A stretch of 64,000 nt of DNA. Origin: Bacteroidales bacterium (GTDB lineage: Bacteria > Bacteroidota > Bacteroidia > Bacteroidales > UBA932). A program made the position numbers and the translations under genes. This document shows, piece after piece, positions 48,343-58,066 of this stretch (the stretch's first letter is position 1; each line of letters starts with the position of its first letter). The notes under the pieces are model-generated. The model worked only from the letters and a program-made list of their open reading frames with translations. It did not search any database and was not told the DNA's origin. The DNA lies in NCBI GenBank assembly GCA_031551125.1, contig JAVBOB010000001.1:1-64000 (forward strand), written 5' to 3'.

Positions 48343-48897
48343 TTACTTTACCGCAAATGTTGCCATTGCATCAAGTGCAGGAGCGTGTAATTGTTCCATA
48401 GGTACAGTTGTTCCGTCGGGCATAAACGCAACAGCTTGTCCGTTTTTAAGAATTTTCATCAGCTCACGCTTGCCTTTACTTCCCTCAAGAGACCATGTTT
48501 GCTTCTCATCATTAAATACCAAAGCACATTTCTCCCCTTTACTGGGCCCTTCGAGCTGTTCAATGTCAAAGCGGTTGTGAGTGGCCTTAATTTGGTATTT
48601 TATGCCATCCTTTTCCGCAATTTGAATTTCTTCTTGTCCGGGTAGCATGGCAATAGGGTTACTACCTGACCAAAATTCAACAGCGTTGAGAACAATTCCG
48701 TCAACCAAAAGGGTTACTTCGTAAACGGGTACAATGATGAACAGGAAGAATACGAGCTCATTGACAAACTTGCTGCCAATGTTGCTGTTCCAATCGTAAA
48801 GGTTGTTGGTAAGCTTAAAGCTGCCAATACATGAAACTTGCATGGTGCTTACACCTAAAACGGCTCCAACGGCTAAAGAGAGTAAAATTTTTTTCAT
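48343..48897 (-). CDS. hypothetical lipoprotein (184 aa)
   Basis: Signal/lipobox-like MKKILLSLAVGAVLGVSTMQVSC; no catalytic motif. Confidence 0.5.
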   Translation of the reverse strand: MKKILLSLAVGAVLGVSTMQVSCIGSFKLTNNLYDWNSNIGSKFVNELVFFLFIIVPVYEVTLLVDGIVLNAVEFWSGSNPIAMLPGQEEIQIAEKDGIKYQIKATHNRFDIEQLEGPSKGEKCALVFNDEKQTWSLEGSKGKRELMKILKNGQAVAFMPDGTTVPMEQLHAPALDAMATFAVK

Positions 48898-49058
48898 AAT
48901 CTTAGTTGATTTACGATTAATGATAAGATAAATGTATGAATAATATTACTGAGCTGTAAGGCTTACTAGTCAATTAATCAGCATCATGAATATTCTGTGT
49001 ATTTATTCCACATAGTAGAATGAAAAACGTAAATAGAACAGAGTATATTGTATATATA

Positions 49059-49101
49059 ACAAAAACCGTTCCAACGAAACAGCTGAAACGGTTTTTTTTG
49101 T
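49059..49101 (-). terminator. tsf terminator hairpin
   Basis: AAAACCGTT-ccaacgaaacagctg-AACGGTTTT with T-runs on both strands. Confidence 0.6.
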
Positions 49102-49117
49102 TTTGATGAACTTGGGC

Positions 49118-49945
49118 TTAGTCTGTAAGCGAGAAGCGTAGGAATCCTACCACCTTTACTTCAGGGTCAACGCTCTTAAGGTAGTCGGTAACGCTTTGCT
49201 TTTGTTCTTTAATGAAGGCTTGCTCCATAAGCGTGCTTTCTTTGAAGAACTTGTTAAGCTTACCCTGAGCAATTTTTTCAATCATCTCTTCGGGTTTACC
49301 ATCTAAGCGAGCTTGTTCGCGGCCAACCTGTAATTCTGTTTCAATTGCCGATTGAGGGCAATCTTCTTTTGTAACTGATACAGGGTTCATAGCGGCAACC
49401 TGCATAGCAATGTCCTTAGCCGCATCAGCAGCAATGGGCTTGCTGAACGCAACCAGTGTTGCCAGCTTGTTATTCATGTGGATGTAAGGCATAATGTAGG
49501 GAGCCTCTAGCTTGCCAAAGTAGCATATTTGGTGACGCTCTCCGGTTTTTCCGGTTTCCTGCGTAATGATTTCCTCAACGCTGCTGCCCGATACCTTAAT
49601 ACCTTTCAACGCTTCGCTATCAGCCGGAAGTACGTCTAACGCTGCGTTGGCAATATGTTGTGATATGCCGCGGAATCCTTCTGTTTTAGCCACAAAGTCG
49701 GTTTCGCAACCAATGGCAACAAGAATACCCTTTTTATTGTCGGACGCAACAAGTGCTATAACGGATCCTTCAGTGGTGTCACGGTCTGCACGCTTAGCGG
49801 CAACCAGCTTACCTTTTTCACGAATAATTTCTTGCGCTCTTGCAAAATCGCCGTTTGCTTCAACAAGTGCATTTTTGCAGTCCATCATACCGGCGCCGGT
49901 CATTTGGCGTAGCTTTGCTACATCTGCAGCTTTTATTTCTGCCAT
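49118..49945 (-). CDS. tsf: elongation factor Ts
   Basis: MAEIKAADVAKLRQMTGAGMMDCKNALVEANGDFARAQEIIREKG is the canonical EF-Ts N-terminal UBA-like domain; the rest follows the EF-Ts dimerisation domain. Confidence 0.95.
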   Translation of the reverse strand: MAEIKAADVAKLRQMTGAGMMDCKNALVEANGDFARAQEIIREKGKLVAAKRADRDTTEGSVIALVASDNKKGILVAIGCETDFVAKTEGFRGISQHIANAALDVLPADSEALKGIKVSGSSVEEIITQETGKTGERHQICYFGKLEAPYIMPYIHMNNKLATLVAFSKPIAADAAKDIAMQVAAMNPVSVTKEDCPQSAIETELQVGREQARLDGKPEEMIEKIAQGKLNKFFKESTLMEQAFIKEQKQSVTDYLKSVDPEVKVVGFLRFSLTD

Positions 49946-49985
49946 AGTATTTTGTCTTTAGTTGTTTTTTATTTTTATGGGATAT

Positions 49986-50190
49986 TAGATATGCGATTTG
50001 CGTATTGTGAGAACGTTAAGAGTGAAGCGTTATGTGTTAAGCGAAAAAGATAATGCAACGCTCATTTTTGTTTTCCGCATCAACCAAATCTAGTATCTCA
50101 AATCACCATACGCATATCCGTCTTTTTAAACGAAATGCGATATACGTAGCTCGATAGTAATCGCTATACGTATATCGCAAATCTATCGTT
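49986..50190. promoter_or_regulatory. structured rpsB-tsf intergenic spacer containing the same palindromic motif family as the pnp leader
   Basis: TAGATATGCGATTTGCGTATTGTGAG ... CCATACGCATATCCG ... GCGATATACGTA-gctcgatagtaatcgc-TACGTATATCGC (a perfect 12-bp inverted repeat). Confidence 0.45.
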
Positions 50191-50195
50191 TTGTA

Positions 50196-51005
50196 CTATT
50201 CCTGAGCGGCTTCTTCTTTACCGCCTTCTTTCTTTGGAGCTGATTTTCTTGCACGGAGCTTTTTGGGAGCATCGCTATCACCGTCTTGTCCGGCGGGAGC
50301 ATCCTTTTCTTTCTCCATCTTGCGTTCCTCAAGTCCTTCCTGAATAGCGCTGCACATTAGGTCAAGTATAAGAGATATTGACTTTGCAGCATCGTCGTTA
50401 GCCGGAATCACCATGTCAATAGGAGTTGGATCACAGCAGGTATCAACCATTGCGATTACCGGAATGCTAAGACGTTTAGCTTCTTTAACGGCGTTGGCTT
50501 CTTTTTGGATATCAACCACAAAAAGAGCAGCCGGAAGGCGAGAAAGATCGGAGATTGAACCAAGGTTCTTCTCCAGCTTTGCACGCTGACGTGATATTTG
50601 AAGCTTTTCACGCTTAGAAAGGTTCTGGAACGTACCATCTTGGTTCATCTTATCGATGGTGTTCATCTTCTTAACAGACTTACGAATAGTAGGAAAGTTG
50701 GTGAGCATACCGCCCGGCCAACGTTCGGTAACGTAAGGCATGTTGATGTTCTTTACTTTGTCGGCAACAATTTCTTTTGCTTGCTTTTTGGTAGCAACAA
50801 AAAGAATCTTGCGACCGGAACGAGCAATCTGCTTAGCAAAGCTGGCTGCGTCGTCTATTTTTACCGCAGTCTTGTGCAGGTCAATGATGTGAATCCCGTT
50901 TTTCTCCATGAAGATGTAGGGAGCCATCTTAGGATTCCACTTCCGCTTAAGGTGGCCGAAGTGAACGCCTGCATCAAGTAGTTCTTGGAAATTTGTTCTT
51001 GACAT
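50196..51005 (-). CDS. rpsB: 30S ribosomal protein S2
   Basis: MSRTNFQELLDAGVHFGHLKRKWNPKMAPYIF... is canonical S2; acidic/lysine-rich C-terminal tail. Confidence 0.95.
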   Translation of the reverse strand: MSRTNFQELLDAGVHFGHLKRKWNPKMAPYIFMEKNGIHIIDLHKTAVKIDDAASFAKQIARSGRKILFVATKKQAKEIVADKVKNINMPYVTERWPGGMLTNFPTIRKSVKKMNTIDKMNQDGTFQNLSKREKLQISRQRAKLEKNLGSISDLSRLPAALFVVDIQKEANAVKEAKRLSIPVIAMVDTCCDPTPIDMVIPANDDAAKSISLILDLMCSAIQEGLEERKMEKEKDAPAGQDGDSDAPKKLRARKSAPKKEGGKEEAAQE

Positions 51006-51167
51006 GATGTCGTTTTTTCAATTTAAACTTTAGTTGTTTCTCTTTACATTAGCAACTCACGTAGTAGCCTTGCTAGTCGGAGTCGCTTTCCGCAGCCGGA
51101 CAATTGTACGGTAGAGCTTAACCGGCCATCCGTATAATTTGCATCCTGGCTGTGCAAAAAAGCAGGT

Positions 51168-51557
51168 TTAGCGTTTGCTGAACTGGAACCGCTTGCGAGC
51201 GCCGGGTTGACCGGGTTTCTTACGCTCAACTTCACGCGGATCGCGAGTCAGTAGCCCATTGTGCTTAAGTGTAGAGCGGTTTGCTTCCACATCAACCTTA
51301 CAAAGGGCGCGAGCAATGGCTAGGCGAAGTGCTTCTGCCTGACCTGTGATTCCGCCTCCGTCAAGGTTTACCTTGATGTCAAACTTTTCATTGTTGCCGG
51401 TTAACACCAACGGTTGGGTTACCACATACTGTAAAAGTTTTGAGGGGAAGTACTCTTCCAAGTTACGGTTGTTGATGGTAATGTTACCTTTACCTACGCT
51501 CAAGTAAATGCGCGCTACGGCTGCTTTTCTTCTTCCAAGTGCGTTAATTACTTCCAT
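51168..51557 (-). CDS. rpsI: 30S ribosomal protein S9
   Basis: [12 protein letters not shown]...[19 protein letters not shown]...[25 protein letters not shown]. Confidence 0.95.
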   Translation of the reverse strand: MEVINALGRRKAAVARIYLSVGKGNITINNRNLEEYFPSKLLQYVVTQPLVLTGNNEKFDIKVNLDGGGITGQAEALRLAIARALCKVDVEANRSTLKHNGLLTRDPREVERKKPGQPGARKRFQFSKR

Positions 51558-51562
51558 GCGAT

Positions 51563-52015
51563 TTAAATTTCGGTTACGTTAATTTGCTTGGGCTTTTGTG
51601 CCTCATGCGGGTGCTCGCTTCCTACATATACATGAAGGTTGCGGAATAGCTCGCGACCTAGCCTGTTCTTAGGCAACATGCCGCGTACAGCTTCTTCTAC
51701 TACAGCGAACGGTTTACGTTTCAGCAGCTCGCCAGGAGTTGCAAAACGTTGTCCGCCGGGATATCCGGTGTGACGAACGTACACTTTGTCCGTCAGTTTA
51801 CTACCCGTCAAACGTATCTTCTCGGCGTTAATGATAATTACATTATCACCGCAGTCAACGTGTGGGGTGTAGTTGGTCTTGTGCTTACCGCGAAGTAGCA
51901 GGGCTACGCGCGCAGAAAGGCGACCCAAAACCACATTTGTCGCATCAATTATAACCCACTCCTTTGTAGCAGTGGCTTGGTTGACCGACACTGTTTTGTA
52001 GCTTAATGTGTCCAC
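51563..52015 (-). CDS. rplM: 50S ribosomal protein L13
   Basis: [54 protein letters not shown] is canonical L13. Confidence 0.95.
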   Translation of the reverse strand: MDTLSYKTVSVNQATATKEWVIIDATNVVLGRLSARVALLLRGKHKTNYTPHVDCGDNVIIINAEKIRLTGSKLTDKVYVRHTGYPGGQRFATPGELLKRKPFAVVEEAVRGMLPKNRLGRELFRNLHVYVGSEHPHEAQKPKQINVTEI

Positions 52016-52429
52016 TTACGTTTTGATTGTTAGATTAATACCTGTAAAAATGATCCAATCCCATTTAGGGGTTGCAAAGGTAAGCTATTTTTTCCAATTA
52101 CCTACTGTTTTCAAGCTATATCCTCATATAATTATTGCTATATCGCCAATACGTTTGCGGTTTAGAGCCAATTTTCCGCCATTGAAAGCATGTTCTATAG
52201 CAAGTGTTTAAATTCTATTTATTTGATAATGAGTGGATGTTTATTTAAAATAGCAATTTTTTCGGACAAAATGTAATGTAAACTATACAAAATGTAATTT
52301 TATTTATACATTTGCAGCGGAAAAATAATGGATTAACGGATTAAAGAGCAAAGGCTAAAAGATAGTAGATGTCAAGAGTCTTTCTGTCTTTCTGTCTTTG
52401 TTCTTTCATCTAAATTAAAACAAGTAGAA

Positions 52430-52879
52430 ATGAAATTTGCATTTTTGCCCCACTACTTTAAAAAGATAGGCCTGGCGTGCTTTTTCGGCTCCCTTATTTT
52501 TGTTGTTGTAACAAGCATTATTGTTACGCTGCAAGCGTTAAAGTCTATTCCGCCCGATGAAATGGTTAACTCTTTTCGGATGGGGATGGAGCTGGGAGAA
52601 GAGTTTGTCAGCTCAAACTACTGGGTAATTCAAATCGGAGGCATCCTTATTCTCCTTTCTATGGCATTCTACATGCTTGCCAAAGAAAAGGTAGATGACG
52701 AGTATATGGATGTTATGCGCTGGGAGTCGTTGCGACTTTCCGTACTGGTTAGCATTGCTGTTACCATACTATGCATACTCTTTCATGTTATGCTAACGGC
52801 AAAAAGCATTCTGTTCATTCAGTTTATCACCTACCTGATTGCGTTTAAGGTGAAAAAGTCGAATGATTTGCCCAATTAA
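52430..52879 (+). CDS. small multi-TM membrane protein (DUF2975-like partner of an XRE regulator)
   Basis: 149 aa, 4 predicted TM helices, immediately followed by a Cro/C1-type HTH gene (a common two-gene module). Confidence 0.45.
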   Translation: MKFAFLPHYFKKIGLACFFGSLIFVVVTSIIVTLQALKSIPPDEMVNSFRMGMELGEEFVSSNYWVIQIGGILILLSMAFYMLAKEKVDDEYMDVMRWESLRLSVLVSIAVTILCILFHVMLTAKSILFIQFITYLIAFKVKKSNDLPN

Positions 52880-52888
52880 GCTACTAAG

Positions 52889-53119
52889 ATGATGAAGAAT
52901 TTAATAAAGGTAGAACGAGCAAGGTACAACCTGTCACAGCAGGAGCTGGCCGATAAGCTGGGAGTTACTCGGCAGTCTGTACACGCTATTGAAACCGGAA
53001 AGTTTATACCGTCAACCGTGTTGGCGCTTAAGCTGGCGCAGCTGTTCAGCTTAAAGGTCGAAGATATTTTCATACTCGAAGAGTCAGATATTCAACAAAA
53101 CACAACAAAAACACGCTAA
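52889..53119 (+). CDS. XRE-family (Cro/C1-type) HTH transcriptional regulator
   Basis: LSQQELADKLGVTRQSVHAIETGKFIPSTVLALKLAQLFSLKVEDIF is a canonical HTH_XRE. Confidence 0.8.
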   Translation: MMKNLIKVERARYNLSQQELADKLGVTRQSVHAIETGKFIPSTVLALKLAQLFSLKVEDIFILEESDIQQNTTKTR

Positions 53120-53123
53120 ATTT

Positions 53124-54437
53124 ATGAAGAAGTTTTTCACTCTCTTATCGCTGGTTCTGGCAACAGGGCTTGTAGCTAAAGGGCAAATAAAGTACAAGGA
53201 GTACGATTTGCCTAACGGATTGCATGTAATTCTATATGAAGATCATGCAACGCCTAATGTAATGGTATCACTTATGTACCATGTTGGTGCAAAAAATGAA
53301 GACCCTGGCAAAACGGGTTTTGCACACCTTTTCGAACACCTTATGTTCGAAGGTTCTGAAAACATTGCACGCGGAGATTATTTTAAAATTGTACAGTCAA
53401 ACGGTGGCGAGCTAAACGCTAATACTACTCAAGATCGTACCTACTACTACGAAGAGATGCCTTCTAACCAGCTGGAGCTGGCGTTATGGATGGAGTCAGA
53501 GCGTATGTATCATGCCAAAATTGATTCTATTGGTGTTGCCACTCAAAAAGGTGTGGTAATTGAAGAAAAAAAACAAACGCAAGATAGCCGTCCTTACGGG
53601 TCGTGGATGTATGAAATCGGTAAGCGTGCGTTCACCGTTCATCCTTACCGGTGGCAAACCATCGGCTCGCCCGACCATATTCGCAACTCTACCTTTGACG
53701 ATGTATATAGCTTCTATAAAACGTACTATGTTCCTAATAACGCTGTACTGGTTGTTGCAGGAGATTTTCAGGAAAAGCAGGCTAAAGAATGGATTGAAAA
53801 ATACTATGCAGGTATTCCTAAAGGTACAAAGCCCATCCATCGTCCTACGGTTGTAGAGCCAGCGCAGAAGGCCGAAATTCGTGATGTGATATACGATAAG
53901 GTGCAGATGCCTGCGGTATTTATGGGATACCATACCCCGGCCATTGGGACAAAGGATTTCTATGCGCTGGATATTTTAAAAAGTATTCTGTCCGGAGGAG
54001 CCAGCTCTCGCCTAAAAACTAACATTACCGATAAAGGATTGGCGCTGGAAACGCTTATGTTCATTAATCCACAAGAGCAACCCGGACTAACCTACTTTAT
54101 TGGTATTCCGAATGCAGGAGGAACTCCCGAAGACATGGAGAATGCAATTAATGCGGAGTTAGAAAAAGTAAGAACCGAGCTGGTAGCTGAAGATGAATTC
54201 CAAATGGCTATGGCGGCTAAAGAATTTCAGCTGGCTTCCGGCATGGTGCGTCTTTCGGATATATCAGAAGAACTTGCCAACAACTATACTTATTTTAAAG
54301 ATACCGAACGGATTAACCGTGAGCTTAGCTTCTATGGTGAAATAACTCGCGAAGATTTGAGAGATGTGGCTAAGAAGTATTTGTCAAAAGACAACAGAGT
54401 GGTATTGTACTATTTGCCCGAATCACAAAAGAAGTAA
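53124..54437 (+). CDS. M16-family zinc peptidase (pitrilysin/insulinase-like), active subunit
   Basis: Signal peptide; inverted zincin motif GFAHLFEHLMFEG (HxxEH) with a downstream E. Confidence 0.85.
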   Translation: MKKFFTLLSLVLATGLVAKGQIKYKEYDLPNGLHVILYEDHATPNVMVSLMYHVGAKNEDPGKTGFAHLFEHLMFEGSENIARGDYFKIVQSNGGELNANTTQDRTYYYEEMPSNQLELALWMESERMYHAKIDSIGVATQKGVVIEEKKQTQDSRPYGSWMYEIGKRAFTVHPYRWQTIGSPDHIRNSTFDDVYSFYKTYYVPNNAVLVVAGDFQEKQAKEWIEKYYAGIPKGTKPIHRPTVVEPAQKAEIRDVIYDKVQMPAVFMGYHTPAIGTKDFYALDILKSILSGGASSRLKTNITDKGLALETLMFINPQEQPGLTYFIGIPNAGGTPEDMENAINAELEKVRTELVAEDEFQMAMAAKEFQLASGMVRLSDISEELANNYTYFKDTERINRELSFYGEITREDLRDVAKKYLSKDNRVVLYYLPESQKK

Positions 54438-54523
54438 TCTGCCAGTAAATAGAAAATGAAAAGTAAAGACATATTCAATAGCTGACGGTCTTTACCTACA
54501 ACGAAAAATAAAAATACAGACCA

Positions 54524-56611
54524 ATGAAAAAAATAGCCAATATACTAGCCACACTACTACTTTTTGTGGCTATGGCAAACGCTCAACAGCTAGATCGTAG
54601 CGTTCGCCCTTCTCCTGCACCTGCAAAAGAAATAAATATTAAGGATGCAAAAACATTTACGTTGTCTAACGGGTTAAAGGTATTTGTGGTTGAGGATAAG
54701 CGTGCTCCCATTGTTTACTACTCGCTTATGCTTGATGTTAAACCTGCTCTTGAAAGAGATAAGGTTGGTATGAAAGCAATGTTCAGCACGGTGATAGGAA
54801 CTGCTACAACAACTCGCAGCAAGGAGCAAATCAATAAGGAAATAGATTTAATCGGAGCATCTGCATCTGTTGATGCATCTGGCGGTAGCATAAGCTTCTT
54901 AAAGAAATACGAGACTAAAGCGCTGGAGCTAATGTCAGATCTTTTGCTTAATCCGGTATTTACACAAAGCGAATTTGATTTGAATATAGGTAAGGCAAAA
55001 AGCGAACTTTCAATGGTTGGAGACGATGCCAGTAGCGTTAACAAGCGGGTATCGGCAGCGCTTACTTATGGAAAAGAATTTCCTTCAGGAGAGGTTAGAA
55101 CTGCTGAAACGCTGGATAATATTAAGGTAGATGATTTACAAAGCTACTATAATACTTACTTTGCGCCTAATGTTGCTCGCTTGGTAATTGTAGGCGACAT
55201 TACAGAGGCCGAAGCAAAGGCAAACGTAGAAAAGTATTTTGGCAAGTGGCAAAAGAAAAACGTTCCTGTTGCCAGCTACACCATCCCTCAAGCACCTCAG
55301 GGAGCTCAGGTGGCAATGGTTGATAAGCCCGGTGCTGTTCAATCAGCAATTGACGTATCGTATCCGCTTAACTTTAAGATTGGAGCTTCTGATGAAATGG
55401 CTGCTTCTGTTATGAGCTATATACTTGGTGGCGGAAGTGCAGGACGCTTGTTCCAGAACTTGCGCGAACAACACAGCTATACTTATGGTGTATATAATAC
55501 GCTTTCATCAGGTGAGTTGGTTGGACGTTATAGCCTGACAGCCGGTCGTGGAAGTGCTGCTTCTGTCAAAAGTGCTGTCACCGATAGCGCCGTTTACCAA
55601 ATACTGGCAGAGATGAAGAGAATGATAAATACTCCGATTAGCGAGCAAGAGCTGAAGAATGCAAAGGCTTTTATAGCCGGAGGCTTCAGTCGCGGCCTTG
55701 AATCTCCCTCAACCATTGCCGCTTTTGCTGTGTCTATTGATAAGTATAAGCTGCCAAAGGATTACTACAAGACCTACCTGAAGCGGTTGAATGCCATTAC
55801 TGTTGCTGATGTACAAGCTGCAGCAAAGAAATATATCAGGCCTGAAAACGCTTGGATAGTGGTGACGGGAGATAAATCTCTTGCAGAAGGGTTAAAGCAA
55901 TTCGCCTCTAACAAAACCGTTCAGTTCTACGATATAAACGCTAACCCTATTGAGGCTCCTACCGCTAAAACCGCAAGTATCAGCGCTAACGAAGTAATCA
56001 GCAAGTATGTTGACGCTATTGGTGGTGTTGCAGCCATTGAAAAGATAAATGATTATAAGATTACGGCAGAGATAAGCGCAATGGGGCAGAAGCTAAATAT
56101 GACCCAGCTGTTCAAGAAGCCGAACTTTTCACTTACCAGCTTGGCTATGGGTGGTATGGTTGTTCAGAAAATGGCATTTAACGGGACAGCGCTAAAGGTA
56201 TCGGGTATGCAAGGTAACAAGGAGTTGACCGAGGGTGCCGAGTTTGATGAAATAAAGGATGGATCATCGGCTTGTCCAGAAATGAACTATGCGAAAAATG
56301 GCTACCGGCTTGCTGTTAAAGGCATAGAAAAATTAGAAGGGAAAGATGTATATGTGCTGGATGTTACCAAGGGCGCAAGTACTTCTACCGAATATTATGA
56401 TGTAGCAAGCGGGTTGAAGCTAAAGAAAGTAGCTACCGCAATGGGGCCTCAGGGGCCAATACAGCAAGTTACAGAATATGGTGATTACAGAACCGTTGAT
56501 GGCGTTAAATTTCCGTATAGCGTAAAACAAGCGGCAGGAGGAATGACAATGCCGGCAACTATTACTGCTGTTGAAGTAAATAAAGGCATAGAAAGCTCAC
56601 AGTTTGAATAG
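54524..56611 (+). CDS. M16-family peptidase homolog (partner subunit, lacks an obvious HxxEH) with a C-terminal extension
   Basis: Signal peptide; M16 N/C-domain fold pattern; paired with the upstream M16 gene as is usual for PqqL-like pairs. Confidence 0.7.
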   Translation: MKKIANILATLLLFVAMANAQQLDRSVRPSPAPAKEINIKDAKTFTLSNGLKVFVVEDKRAPIVYYSLMLDVKPALERDKVGMKAMFSTVIGTATTTRSKEQINKEIDLIGASASVDASGGSISFLKKYETKALELMSDLLLNPVFTQSEFDLNIGKAKSELSMVGDDASSVNKRVSAALTYGKEFPSGEVRTAETLDNIKVDDLQSYYNTYFAPNVARLVIVGDITEAEAKANVEKYFGKWQKKNVPVASYTIPQAPQGAQVAMVDKPGAVQSAIDVSYPLNFKIGASDEMAASVMSYILGGGSAGRLFQNLREQHSYTYGVYNTLSSGELVGRYSLTAGRGSAASVKSAVTDSAVYQILAEMKRMINTPISEQELKNAKAFIAGGFSRGLESPSTIAAFAVSIDKYKLPKDYYKTYLKRLNAITVADVQAAAKKYIRPENAWIVVTGDKSLAEGLKQFASNKTVQFYDINANPIEAPTAKTASISANEVISKYVDAIGGVAAIEKINDYKITAEISAMGQKLNMTQLFKKPNFSLTSLAMGGMVVQKMAFNGTALKVSGMQGNKELTEGAEFDEIKDGSSACPEMNYAKNGYRLAVKGIEKLEGKDVYVLDVTKGASTSTEYYDVASGLKLKKVATAMGPQGPIQQVTEYGDYRTVDGVKFPYSVKQAAGGMTMPATITAVEVNKGIESSQFE

Positions 56612-56764
56612 TGCTAGTATCTATTGAAATGCATAGCCCTTTCTCAACAAAAGAGAAAGGGCTTTTTATTTTATACCAATTCTCATATCGCACTTGCTTA
56701 TACTAGACTTCTTCGATAAATGGCGGAAAGAGGTATAATGCGGAGTACGAAGCTAACAACTCCT

Positions 56765-56854
56765 CGTCATTGCGAACAATTCGTATTTTGAATTGTGAAG
56801 CAATCTACCCATTATTAGCAGATTGCTTCGGCAAAGTGCGCCTCAGCAATGACG
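56765..56854. repeat. H-module copy (solo)
   Basis: CGTCATTGCGAACAATTCGTATTTTGAATTGTGAAGCAATCTACCCATTATTAGCAGATTGCTTCGGCAAAGTGCGCCTCAGCAATGACG. Confidence 0.75.
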
Positions 56855-57043
56855 TACTATTGTTATTGCTATTTATCAAAGCGGTTTATTATATACCTTA
56901 ACTTAAGGTTGTTTTGCGTAAGAGGTGCAAATGTTAATTAATGCAATTGTGTAAATTCCGGTTAAACCCTGCCTTAAAATTGTTGTCTTAGAAGCAGAGA
57001 TCTCCAAAAAGCACATGTATATAAACTCAAAAACTCAATAGAT

Positions 57044-57685
57044 ATGAAAAAGGTAGCATTACTTATTATCTCTGTTTTATGCTTTGCCCCGTTTGTTCAA
57101 GCGCAACAACAACAAGAAAAGCAGGAAAAAGAAAGAAGAGTTCAGGTAAGAACAGCAAGACCCGACGTTGAAAGAAGGGTGGGCGAAATCCGCGAGCGTA
57201 TGGGCGGGATTCCTAACCTTACGCAAGAACAACGTGACCAAATGAAGACGCTTCGCGTTGAAATGATGAAAGAATCTAATACCGTTCGTAATCAAATAGC
57301 CGAAAAGCGTGCTCATCTGAAGAGTTTACAGGCTACTGATAACGCCGATATGAAGGCTATCAATAAAACAATTGACGAAATAGCATCGTTGCAAGCACAG
57401 CAAATGAAGGCTCAAGCCAACATGCAGGTAAAAACGCGTGCTTTACTTACTGATGAACAAAAAGTAATGTATGATGCACGTGGTAACAACATGCGCTTCA
57501 ACTTTAATACGAGTGGAAGAAAGTTCAACTTTGATGGTGATAACAAGCAATTCAAGGTAAGAGCGTTTAAGTTTGGTGATACCGATATGCCTAACAGCGA
57601 AGAGATAAATAAGATTGTTTCTGAACAGCTGGCAACTATGGATTTTGATTTCCCTTTTGATTTTGACTTTGATTTTGAAGAATAA
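57044..57685 (+). CDS. Spy/CpxP-family periplasmic protein (LTxxQ motifs)
   Basis: Signal peptide; LTQEQRDQMKTL and LTDEQKVMYDAR LTxxQ repeats; unusual C-terminal DFDFPFDFDFDFEE tail. Confidence 0.7.
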   Translation: MKKVALLIISVLCFAPFVQAQQQQEKQEKERRVQVRTARPDVERRVGEIRERMGGIPNLTQEQRDQMKTLRVEMMKESNTVRNQIAEKRAHLKSLQATDNADMKAINKTIDEIASLQAQQMKAQANMQVKTRALLTDEQKVMYDARGNNMRFNFNTSGRKFNFDGDNKQFKVRAFKFGDTDMPNSEEINKIVSEQLATMDFDFPFDFDFDFEE

Positions 57686-57719
57686 AGTTTTTAAATACTT
57701 GTTTGGTTTTTTAATGTGG

Positions 57720-57760
57720 GAAGCGGGACACAGCAATACTGTGTCCCGCTTTATTTTTGA
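57720..57760 (+). terminator. Rho-independent terminator of the Spy-like gene
   Basis: AAGCGGGACACAG-caatact-GTGTCCCGCTT followed by TATTTTTG. Confidence 0.8.
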
Positions 57761-57894
57761 ATATTCTTTTCCTTGCTTTAATAAGCCTCTTTTGGAAATA
57801 ATATAACAACCGGTTTGAAATAAAGACAGTCCCGAAGAGGGCTGAATATGCATAACCGTGGGTGAAACCCACGAAGAAAACCGTTCGGCTTAAC

Positions 57895-57944
57895 TGCACA
57901 GGGAGCACCGACTTTCTTCTAAGAAAGTCGGTGCTCCCTGTGCA
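57895..57944. repeat. perfect 50-bp palindrome (24-bp arms, 2-nt centre)
   Basis: TGCACAGGGAGCACCGACTTTCTTctAAGAAAGTCGGTGCTCCCTGTGCA, flanked by CTTAAC on both sides. It lies between convergent genes and has no T-tract. Confidence 0.9.
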
Positions 57945-58066
57945 ATCTTAACTTCAGTCCGACTGCCTCGCATTGCATCCGGAGTTATTGTTGTTCAACC
58001 CCAGAGGGGGTATCTATATTAGAAAGGAAATAAAAACATGTATTTTGGTATTTTTCCAAAGAGGTT

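Noticed and set aside
57780-58060. Structured intergenic region considered as RNase P RNA, tmRNA or SRP RNA
   Set aside because: It lacks the conserved P4 (GGAAAGUCCGGGCUCC...), tmRNA tag/acceptor, or SRP domain-IV motifs; similarity was limited to short chance matches.
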